From: Utricularia gibba | Taxonomy: Eukaryota; Plantae; Magnoliophyta | Direction of reading: 5' to 3' | Length of the DNA stretch: 64,000 bases | Assembly: GCA_002189035.1 (NCBI GenBank) | Contig: CM007989.1 | Span: 7,936,001-8,000,000, forward strand | Shown here: positions 22,917 to 33,074 of the stretch, in pieces | Numbering within the stretch: position 1 is the stretch's first letter | Layout of the letters: each line of letters starts with the position of its first letter | Notes under the pieces: model-generated | Databases searched by the model: none | What the model was told of the DNA's origin: nothing | The model's input: only the letters and a program-made list of their open reading frames with translations | Position numbers and translations under genes: made by a program

Positions 22917-23412
22917 GTAAATAACTGAGTATATGCAAGGTGATGCTAAGCTGTGGGAGGTAGCTCATCCCGCCCATATGCTGATTTGATTCTAACCCGT
23001 CGTCTCCAATTCCCACCCCAAAAAAAAAAAAAAAAAACTGACCCAACAGTCTCTTCCCCCAAGAAGAATAGGATGTGCGGCAGCATGTGAATCTATGAAG
23101 ATCTTTGTGCAAAATTTCCATAGAAACTCATGTAGTAGTGGTTCAAGAGAAACTGCATGTATACCATACCATCTTTAACATAACTTGACAGTTGACTTCA
23201 GCAGACTTTATATCCAGCATCTGTCAGCCACAACCAAAATGAACCAAAGTATACTTTTTTAACAAGGCCCTTCAATTTAGCTCTACAGCAAACCATCATG
23301 GGGAAAAAAATATTACGAATAAAGTCTGTAATTTGGGAGTGTGCAATCAATCTACTACCCACAAACACAACCAATAAAGAGCTTCTGTAGGAATGGATCA
23401 GTATCAGACATC

Positions 23413-23609
23413 CTAATGTGTGGATGAGATTTGCCTGCGTCGGAATAAGGTGATTCTTGAGAGATGAGCGTGGAGCGCAGCAGCGTAGGGGATGGCGCCG
23501 CAGATGAGAAGCTCCATTGCCCCACGAAGGTGTTGAGATTGCGGACCGGCGGGCAGTAGATGATGAGCGGCGCCGCGGAGAATGCCACCACCAGCAAAAG
23601 ATGTAACAT
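23413..23609 (-). CDS. Small (~65 aa) uncharacterised plant protein with a hydrophobic N-terminus; apparent 1-bp frameshift
   Basis: MLHLLLVVAFSAAPLIIYCPPVRNLNTFV resembles a recalled small plant protein family (MLxLxFxVAFSAxPLTLYxPPIRSLNLFVE). The alternative frame continues AMELLI...RRRQISSTH*. Confidence 0.6.
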
Positions 23610-24204
23610 CAGAGAGAAGGGTCTCCTGGTTTGAAACACGCGAAGGCAGATATAAGGCCGAACGATAAGATCTCGACGTTTCCTGGAATGTACGCGATGA
23701 CTCTTCTGTTAGGCAAATGACTCGTAGGAGGTTTCAAGGCAACTCCATGGCCGCTTCTTCTCCTTGGAACCAAAACGGCGGCTGTTTGGTGTTGACTAGT
23801 AGATTGGATCATGGAGTTTTCAACATTTTGATATTAAATACCAAACTCCTATTTCAAAAGAATAAAAATTTAAAAATGATTTAAAACATAAAATCTAATT
23901 TTTTTTATAATATTATTTTTAGAAAATAAGAATAAAAAATAAAATGAAATAATGTTCTGTACATATTTCTGATTTATAATACAAATTTATAAAAATAAAA
24001 AAATACATTATATTCATTAAATTCATTAATTTTCCAATCTCCCATTTTTCAGTCCTTTGATTGAACACATTTTAGAACTTCAATCTTCATTATCAGTAAA
24101 ACTGAAAGCATTTGATGACCAACTAAAGATTATCTTTTGATAAGGAAAAGAGTTTTTACTTAGAAAAAAATTGCACAGCAAGGATCAACAATCACTTCCC
24201 TATA

Positions 24205-24231
24205 TCTCTCTCTCTCTCTCTCTCTCTCTCT
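24205..24231. repeat. (CT)n microsatellite
   Basis: About 13 CT units read directly downstream of the guanylate kinase stop. Confidence 0.9.
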
Positions 24232-24313
24232 TGAAACGGGTTGCGAAAATTAAGGGAAGACACAACAGACCATCACAGCATTTCTTTCATGGTAAGGACA
24301 CTACTGTAATGAG

Positions 24314-26416
24314 TTAGCACCTCTCAAATGTGGCAGGATCTGGGGATGGATGAAGCTTCAGACTGCGAGTCCGGCACGGTGCTCCGCCGCTGATGGAAGA
24401 CAGATCGAGGACAAGCCTAGGAGGTTTGAATTGCTGAGATGAGACAACGAGTAGCGATGAAATATGGGAGTGTGATTGATTAGTATCACATACACGTTCT
24501 CACTTCCGGAGGCAGAGCATTTGATCAAGATCTTCTCACCATCTTTCTGAACAGTATGTTCTGATGGAATGTATAAGGATGAAGCTGTTGCAGAGTTGGA
24601 GATGCAGTTAAAATGCAAGCGGAAAAAAAAAATGTGTCCAATGGATGGGATGAACAAGGATGGGGTCAAGCTAACCTGATGCTTTGCTAGTGGGGACACT
24701 GTTACTGGGCTTCAGGATTTTCTGCATGGATCAAAGGAGTTTAGTGAGTGCTGTGACATTGTTGAGATTGAAATAAGGCATGATGTTTCAGACATCACCT
24801 TAAGTTCTTCGTAGCATTTCTCAAGATTGTCATTGACTAAAATGTGATCAAAAAGTCCAGGTGATTTGGCCTGATCAAGCTCTGCCTTGGCATTCTGAAG
24901 TCTTTTTTGAACCTGCTGCTCTGTTTCGGTTCCCCTGTAAATCGCTGATTTAGAGTGAGTGACGAGAATTGAAATATCAAGAATTCATACTTTAGTGTCT
25001 ACTCCACCTTGAGCGAAGGCGTTTCTCAAGCTCCTCATATGTAGGAGGACAGATAAAGATAAAAATGGCCTCAAGAGAAGTGGACCTCACATTTCTTGCC
25101 CCTTGAACATCTATGTCAAGGATGCATCTCTACAGGAAAGCACACAAACCATTCTCGAGTTCACAAAAAAAGAAACATATTTTCAGATATTAACTAACCT
25201 AAACAACTTTAAACACATGCATTTTTCCTAGAAAAGGGAAGATGATGGCAACGCCGAAATCCTGAGTAGGGAAACAAGAAGTACTCTTACCTTTCCTTGG
25301 TCAGTGACAGCTTCAACAGCTTCAACACTTGTCCCATAGAGATTGCCGTGAACAGCTGCAAACTCTAAAAATTTCCCATCCTTTATATCGTTTTCCATAA
25401 CATCACGATCAGTGAAGTAGTAGTGAACACCGTTTTGTTCATTATTTCTTGGAGCTCGGGTCGTGTGACTAACTGAAAACCCGAATGTCGATGGAAACTC
25501 CTCCATCAATTTTGAAATCAAGGTTCCTTTACCTACCCCAGAAGGCCCAGTGATAACAACAGTTTTCTCAGATTCTCCAATCACTCCTTTACTCCAAGCA
25601 ACTACTTCGAGCGCCAGCCTCCTTTTGTGCTCTCTTACATAAGGAGTATCAATCTGAAACATGGATTCAGCAAAGAGAAAATCAATTGCGGAAAACCAAT
25701 CTTATGATGCAAAAGAGGAGATAGATATAACAGTGACTGCATTAATTTTAAGTCTGTATCATCATCAAGACGAAATTTTACAAACAAAAAAATAGATCCC
25801 CAAAGAAGCTAGACGAGGAACCACCTCAAGAAACCAAAAGCAATCGACAGATGAAGACTTTCCCTTGATAACAAGGACTCGACTCTCATCCACGGGAATA
25901 GCAGAGTAACCATCCGATAGCTGAGGACTTGATCCCAAAACAATGGGGCTCAGCCTACAAGCCAGTAGTAATAAACCTTAACAACTCAATTTGAATACGG
26001 AGGGTTCAGTGATCTATCCATTACCATTCATTCGTAGATTTCTTGTAAATGTGAACCCCAATTGTTGAAGTGGAATCACTGTCCTTTGGGCCAAGTACAT
26101 ACTGAATCAAGAAGAAAAAAGAGATAATTTTCATCAGAAATAATTCAGATATGGGAGGGAAAGTAAGGTATGTTAGATATACTGTTGTATCAGAGCCAAC
26201 ATCCACGGCTACTCGACCTTCCTTGGACTTTGAATCTAAACCGTTTTGATTGCGTCCAAGGAGGCGATCAAGAAAGAAAGCAGGAGCTTCCCCCTATTCA
26301 TTTCAGGGAAACAAAGCAAGTCAAAGGCAGGCTTCGATACCGAGCTAATAAGAAGTCATGATCGAGGAGTACCCTCTACAGAGTTAAAATTACAGATGAG
26401 AAGATGAACTCACCAT
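24314..26416 (-). CDS. GK: Guanylate kinase (plant cytosolic GK1/GK2 type)
   Basis: ATG-only first coding exon, then GEAPAFF; P-loop [62 protein letters not shown], and C-terminal [17 protein letters not shown]. Confidence 0.93.
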
Positions 26417-27339
26417 AGAGACACAGGCTATCACCTGGTTCAAGATCAACTCTGCAAACAACGCAAAAGCATGATAACCATGAGATCATATTCCTCCATC
26501 TGAAAGGATAGTATCCTAACGCACAATACCTCCAATAGAATAAAACGAAAAAGTCGCTAATCTACACCCACCCAAAAAAACAAAGATCCATCTTTCATGG
26601 CAACAAAACAAAAGGCACAAGTGTTACATCACTAAATAAAAGAGCACATCATTCTCATTTAATCGTCAAAAAGGCTCCCTATAACAAAGATTTCATGCAA
26701 GAATAGAGCAAATGGTCACGTCTTTGAGAAACGATTAACAACACTAGTCAAGAAATCCTTCAAAAAAAACACACAAGATCAGACTTTCGCAGGTTCCGAT
26801 AAACAAAAAGCATTCACCAATTTCCTCAAAATTCACACACCCAGGGGTAGCTGAAGAATCAAAGTATCCTTCTTCTCTAGAAGTGAAATCGAGGTAATTT
26901 CAGAGGTCAAATTCCCCTCGACGATGGCGCAGAAAGAAAGGTCCGCCTGTGCATCCTCCTGTCAACTCCCAGGCTTTTAAAATGACTCAGAATAAATATA
27001 AATAAATAAATGAAATAATACCTTTTGTTACCGGGCCTGCCCGACCCGGGTCGAGTCGGGCAGGGGCACCCCGCGTAGCGTGTGTTGTACGGAGAATAAG
27101 CCTTAATTAATAAAAAGTAATGACGGGAAATCTGAGCCACTAAATGTGGGGACCATCCTATGCATACCCCGGGCCCACCAAGATTCCACGGTACATTCAT
27201 GATTGGGGCCCCACCCCAAATAAAGCCTATTTACAAAATTCACATTTTTTTAAATACAGTAACTTTTAAAATCAGTGACAATTTTTTTTTTTTAATTTGG
27301 AGGAGGAGCTGTACGGCACCCCAAGGCTGCAAAAAGATT

Positions 27340-29283
27340 TTACCAGAAATCCTTGCAGGAGCAAGTCCCATTGGCAAATCTATGGAATCGAATGCGATCC
27401 CTGACGATAATGTCTCTGTTGTAGAGTTGGGTTATCAGCTTCATAACTTGGTGGCAGTCTATGCAGATTCTCAGATTCTTGACGATTCTGATGACTACGG
27501 GAGCCTGAGTTTTCAGCAAACCATAGGCAACAGCCAGTCTTTCACTGTGCTCCCAGAGGGCATCCTGTTTCTCACCATCACCGATGTTTTGCAGCACGGA
27601 GGCGATCCATGGCTGGTGCCCGGAGTCTTTAACTCCTTGGGAAACCTCACAGAGAACCCTTCTTATCTCTGTTGCTTCAGGATGTGACCACCTACCCATC
27701 ATGAATTCATGAACATGGCCGTTGATTTCAATGGAGCTGCACCCGGGAACCGCTTTGATTCCCAGGTCGTTCATGTGCTTCCTCACACGGCTCACTTTTA
27801 CCCAGTCAGATGTTGAAGCGTACAAGCTTGAGAGTAGGATGTAGTTCTCTGCGTTAAGGGGCTCGATAGACAGAAGCTGTTGTGCTATAATTTCACCCTC
27901 GTGTTGCATTTTGTTCCTCTTGCAGGTAACGAGTAATGCACGCCAGATTGCTGGATTTGGAGGAATGTGCATACCGTTGACGAACTCGTATGCCTCTTGG
28001 AACTGGTTTGCACGACAGAACAGATCTACCATGCAGCTGTAGTGCTCCATAGAGGGCTGGATTTTCGAATCAAGCAGCATGGACCAGTACCTTCTGCCAT
28101 CCGCGACATCGCCAACATGGGCGCAGGCTGATAGAATGCCTATAAATGTCACATGGTTAGGCTCCACCTGCAACATGGATAGCAAAGGAGCAATGGATAT
28201 TTTTATGGCTTGAAAATGATTTCCAGTTTTGAAAGTGAAGTTGAGAAGCTTGTAAGCTATGAGTTTAACCCATAAAACCATTACCTTGGCCTTTTTCATT
28301 TGCTTTAGACATTCTAAAGCTTCTTTCAGCAGGCCATGGATGGAATATCCCACGATCATAGTGCTCCATGCCTTTGCATCCTTGATTGGTATGGAGTCAA
28401 AAACTTGCTTCGCTTTCTCAATGCACCCGCATTTGGCATACATGTTAACCAGCGCTGTGCTGACCTCAAGATCATTTTTCATCTGGCTTTTAAGAATGTA
28501 TGTGTGAATCCATTCACCACAATCCAATGCCCCGGAAGCAGCACATGCAGAAATGACACAGACCATGGTCACCTCATCAGGCACAACTCCGCATTTTTGC
28601 ATCTCTGTGAACATACCCAGAGCCTCATTGAACATCCCAACTCGCGCATATCCACCAATCATGGCACTCCATGCCACCGCATTCCTGCAAGTCATTTCAT
28701 CAAACACCTTCCTCCCCATTTCAACTTGCTCACACTTGGTGTAAAAATTCATCAACGAGGTCTGAACAAACGAATTCTCCCCCAAACCACACGCTATCAC
28801 GTGCTTATGAACCTGTCTTCCCTCTTCCAAAGCCGGAAGAACAGCGCAACCCTTCAAGACAAACGCGAGCGTGAACGTATTTGGCCTTGGAAACTTTTCC
28901 CGAGTCAAATTTCTAAACAAGAGAATTGGCTCTGTCGACGGGTCTCCCGCCAGAAACCCTCTGATCACAGTATTGTACGCGAAAACATTCGGGTGCACAA
29001 TCTGCGACAGCAACATCCGCGCGTAGCGAATGTTCCGATACGACGAAAAGCAGAGGATTTTCGACATGAGAAAGGAGCGGGAAACAGGATACAAATGCGG
29101 CAAGGTGACGACCCGCGCGTGCAATTGCCCGAGAACTCTCATATCGGGGCATTTTCGGATCAACAACGATATCTCCTCCTCCCCCAGTGCCAGCTCCGCT
29201 AAACCCTCCGTTTCTGCCAAACCGCCGGAACTGGACAAGAGGAAAGGACCTCCGCCGCCTTTCTCCATGAGCCCGAGGCCCAT
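27340..29283 (-). CDS. PLS-class pentatricopeptide repeat protein with E/DYW domain; one intron (28168-28284); start codon uncertain (29283 or 29268)
   Basis: PPR motifs (AWSAMIGGYARVG, PDEVTMVCVISAC, HYSCMVDLFCRA), PG box VPGCSSIE, HSERLA and CIDCH zinc ligands, C-terminal CSCKDFW. Confidence 0.93.
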   Translation of the reverse strand: MGLGLMEKGGGGPFLLSSSGGLAETEGLAELALGEEEISLLIRKCPDMRVLGQLHARVVTLPHLYPVSRSFLMSKILCFSSYRNIRYARMLLSQIVHPNVFAYNTVIRGFLAGDPSTEPILLFRNLTREKFPRPNTFTLAFVLKGCAVLPALEEGRQVHKHVIACGLGENSFVQTSLMNFYTKCEQVEMGRKVFDEMTCRNAVAWSAMIGGYARVGMFNEALGMFTEMQKCGVVPDEVTMVCVISACAASGALDCGEWIHTYILKSQMKNDLEVSTALVNMYAKCGCIEKAKQVFDSIPIKDAKAWSTMIVGYSIHGLLKEALECLKQMKKAKVMVLWVKLIAYKLLNFTFKTGNHFQAIKISIAPLLSMLQVEPNHVTFIGILSACAHVGDVADGRRYWSMLLDSKIQPSMEHYSCMVDLFCRANQFQEAYEFVNGMHIPPNPAIWRALLVTCKRNKMQHEGEIIAQQLLSIEPLNAENYILLSSLYASTSDWVKVSRVRKHMNDLGIKAVPGCSSIEINGHVHEFMMGRWSHPEATEIRRVLCEVSQGVKDSGHQPWIASVLQNIGDGEKQDALWEHSERLAVAYGLLKTQAPVVIRIVKNLRICIDCHQVMKLITQLYNRDIIVRDRIRFHRFANGTCSCKDFW

Positions 29284-30461
29284 AATATGCACCAGACAGG
29301 CTTGTCCAATAGGCCCATGGATCATAGAAGGACTAAACAGTCATTTCTAAATAGGGTAATTAAAATAAACAAAATTAATCAAATTTAGCATGTCCATATA
29401 GAAGTCACCTTCACTTACCCGATTTGGTCCGTTCCCTCTTCCTCATTGCCATCTTCCCTAGTTGGCATCCCCATCTCATTTCCCTTCAATTGTTCTTCTT
29501 TTCCAACAAACATTCTTACCACGCAACGACAAGTCCGACGCCGATCACAAATCCGGCATCCGAAATCGGAAATCCGTGCAACAGAGTCCCCAAAACAACA
29601 TGTATCATGCAAAATAAGTATCTTCATATGTCTAGTATTGCATATGTTTTAAATCAAATTTCGATAAGATTGAAGTTAGCACATTGTTTTACTTCTAATT
29701 CTCGAATCGTTTTAAAAATCATATGAAAATACTTTGTTCACATATAAGTTATGTTTGAAATAATTTATGATGTTGTATACATTTTTCAAAAGAACTTATG
29801 TTATTATATACAAATGATTTATTCCAAAAAAACTTAAAAATTTAGAATCGCATACTATTTTTAAAAGATTTTGAAATGTTAAATTGTATTTTATTAGAAT
29901 TATTTCTCGAGAAGCTAAATCACATTGAACATTACATTCATAGTGAGCAAATGGATACGAGAATACGATGAATCTGTTTTTAAAATATTGATTTTTACGA
30001 GAGGATAAAATACCAAGGGAACATACGTATGAGTAAGTAAAACTAGTAAGAGGTAAATATGAAAAGCTTAACCAAAAGACTACGTAATATTAGTCTACCT
30101 GATTAAGGGGCTTGGGGGTTGACATGATGCATGGCGCTGAAGATAATCCCCACGTTTCCTCAGTTGGATCACGCAAATCCATTCACTCCGCGACACGGCG
30201 GCTTGTCAAACTCGATCCCTTTTCTGGTCCCCCGGATCGCCCGATGGGTGATTTGTTGGCGGTGGAGGTGGGAGGAGCTCAGTTCAGGGTTCGGCCCGGC
30301 GGCTGTATTCCCGCAGTTTCTGGATTGGCCGCGTCTCGTAGTTCAACAGTGCACATTTGGATTAGCAGCAGGATGATGCATGATGATTATGAAGTGTGCA
30401 GGAGCGTCATCAACTGCTGAGACAGTTACCAGTTCGTCACAATTCTTCCTGCGCCTACCAA

Positions 30462-30511
30462 ACGTGGCGTGTAGAGCAGGTTGCCCTTCCATTCTGCTCT
30501 GTATATATATA
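30462..30511 (+). promoter_or_regulatory. ABRE-like element and TATA candidate upstream of the polygalacturonase gene
   Basis: ACGTGGC at 30462-30468; TATATATA at ~30502-30511, about 45 bp before the ATG. Confidence 0.4.
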
Positions 30512-30551
30512 CTTCAACTGCAATCTCAGGGTAAAAGAGGATTACAGCAGG

Positions 30552-32728
30552 ATGGGTGGTTTCAGGCGGGCTGCACTATTCTTCATGATCGTAGCGATCG
30601 TCTCCTTTGGTGGTTTCCCAGCATTCCCGGCGCTTCGGACCGTGAGCGTGCTCGACTACGGCGCGAAAGGGGATCAAGTTCACGATGACACCAAGGTTTG
30701 TGTGGTACCTCTCTGAGCATATGGAGATTGGAGTTCACTCTCTGTCGACTGATTCCAAAACTTCAGGCTTTTGATGATGCTTGGAGGGCAGCCTGCTCAT
30801 CCCAGGAAGAAGCTGCCCTTGTCGTCCCTGATGGGAAAACCTACCTCGTGAAGGCAGTGAGGTTCAAGGGACCATGCAAGGCCAAGATAACAATGGAGGT
30901 ACACACAGGAGACCTCCCTCCACACACACACACACACACAGAGTGGTCTGTAACAGTAACAGCAAGTGTGCTTTGTGTTGCAGATTCGTGGAGTTATACT
31001 GGCGTCGAACAACATGTCGGACTACGTCGGCGACCGGAGCCACTGGATCCTCGTCGATTACGTCGATAATCTCGTCGTCCGAGGCGGAGGAACTGTCCAT
31101 GGCAATGGAGATGTTTGGTGGAAAAATTCATGCAAAAGAGACAGAACCAAGGTATGGTATTTAATTAACATTTATGATTATAATCGAAAATGTATACATG
31201 TCCTACTTAAAAATAAATTTTTAAAATATTATAATATTTCATACATATATATATATATAATTACTCCCCACAACCTTATACATTATAGTATGACCACATC
31301 CGATTAGTGTTGTATGAACAAATAAGTCATAAGCCACACTCTTTGATATGAGAACCATATATTCCAAATTGTTTGGATGAGAATATTACTATGATGGATA
31401 ATTTACAGATAATTACTTGTGTTTCATTTTCTTATATATTATACATGCATATTGTTTATGTAGGATTCTTTTTAAAAAACATAAAAAATATTGTTTTACT
31501 CATTAATTTATTAATAATATTTCATATTATTCATTTTAATGGCAGTTGGGATTTTTATAACGGTCGTGTTTTTCTTTTTTTGTGGGCAGGCTTGCAGTAA
31601 AGCTCCAACGGTATGCACTTTGAAGTTTCTATTTTTACTGCTTTTTTTTTTTAAAAAAAAAAGAAAATAGTTTCTAAATATAATAATTGCTAGGAGATTC
31701 ATGGAAATGCAGGCGCTGACTTTTTACAAATGCACGAGCCTGAAGGTGAGGGATTTGAAATTCCAAAACGCGCAGCAAATGCACGTGTCGTTCAGCAGAT
31801 GCTCTGGCGTGGAAGTCTCCAACGTCTCCGTGGAGGCGCCGGAGGGAAGTCCGAACACCGACGGAATCCACGTCACCGCCACCCGAAATATCCAGATCTC
31901 CGGCTGCAGAATAGCCACGGGTAACTTTACTGGTTCCGTCTTGTCTCCTATTCCGGAAAATCACCAGAAGGGAAGTCATTCAAGAAAGCTTCAGGTGACG
32001 ACTGCATCTCCATCGTGGGCGGTTCGCAGAGAGTCCGGGCGTCCGACATTACCTGCGGCCCGGGACACGGCATCAGGTAATAACGGAAAAAAGGAACTTT
32101 AAGACTGAACCAATCAGCATCACGTGTTGTAACGCTATTGCAGCATCGGAAGCTTAGGAGAAGGAAACTCTCAAAGCTATGTCTCCGATGTTATCGTGAC
32201 TGGGGCAAAGCTCCACGGAACTGCAAATGGAGTCCGGATCAAGACGTGGCAGGTAAACCAGAAACTCCGGCCATTTTCGTTACAATCCCGATGCGGGATG
32301 ATTCCTTTCTTCTCAGGGCGGATCGGGAAGCGCCAGTAATATACAGTTCAACAACATAGCGATGCAGGATGTGAGGAATCCCATAATTATCAACCAGAGC
32401 TACTGCGATCAAGACGAACCCTGCGAGGAGCAAGTAGCTGCTATTCATCTTCCAAAGCCCAGAATTCATACTACTTGAACTCATCTTCAGTTTCTTGTTC
32501 CTGTCACAGGGATCAGCAGTGCAGATTAAGAATGTGACCTACAGCAACATATCTGGAACAAGCGCTTCCAAGGCCGCCATTGTTTTGAACTGCAGTAAGA
32601 ATCACCCCTGCCAGGGGATTGAGCTTCAAAACGTGCGGTTAACTGGTAAAAGTGGGGGAGACGCTGGAGCAACATGCAGCAACGTGAAACCCCGTTATGT
32701 TGGAATGGTCTCCCCTCGCTGCGCTTAA
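30552..32728 (+). CDS. Polygalacturonase (GH28; ADPG/QRT2-like), 9 exons including a 21-nt micro-exon
   Basis: Signal-peptide-like N-terminus, VLDYGAKGD, and the four GH28 motifs SPNTDG, GDDC, CGPGHGISIGSLG and RIKT. Micro-exon ACSKAPT at ~31590-31610. Confidence 0.94.
30921..30940. repeat. (CA)10 microsatellite in a polygalacturonase intron
   Basis: Read directly. Confidence 0.9.
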
Positions 32729-33074
32729 AGCCCTAGGACAAGAATCCAGATGGCTGCTGTAATAGGAAATAATGAAGCATCTGGGATGGGTAGGTAGTTT
32801 GGATGCTCGCAGCTTTGTATATTACTGTACAGATTTGGGAATAAAATTGCCTTATAATCTCATGTGACACAAATAAAGAAGATGATATACAGAAAAAAAA
32901 ACAAAAAAAAAAAAGTTGGCGGCCAAAGCCAAGTGTATATCTTATCTTCCCTTGCTCAAAAAAATGTTACTGTTAAAAAGACAGGGACAGTTCTGTTTGG
33001 CGGGTCGGGTCGTGGGACTTGGTTGAGGAGATCAGGAAAAGAAACTGTACAGGATGAAGATGAAAGTATTCGAA

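Noticed and set aside
29190-29325. Arg-rich alternative frame at the PPR 5' end as a hidden transit peptide
   Set aside because: That frame has no ATG, and a 1-nt deletion at the nearby G-run would not join it to the PPR frame.
28336-29350. 288-aa and 106-aa plus-strand ORFs
   Set aside because: Antisense to the PPR CDS; no domain features.
30112-30420. 102-aa ORF in a GC-rich patch upstream of polygalacturonase
   Set aside because: No recognisable family and no splice-linked continuation; more simply promoter sequence.
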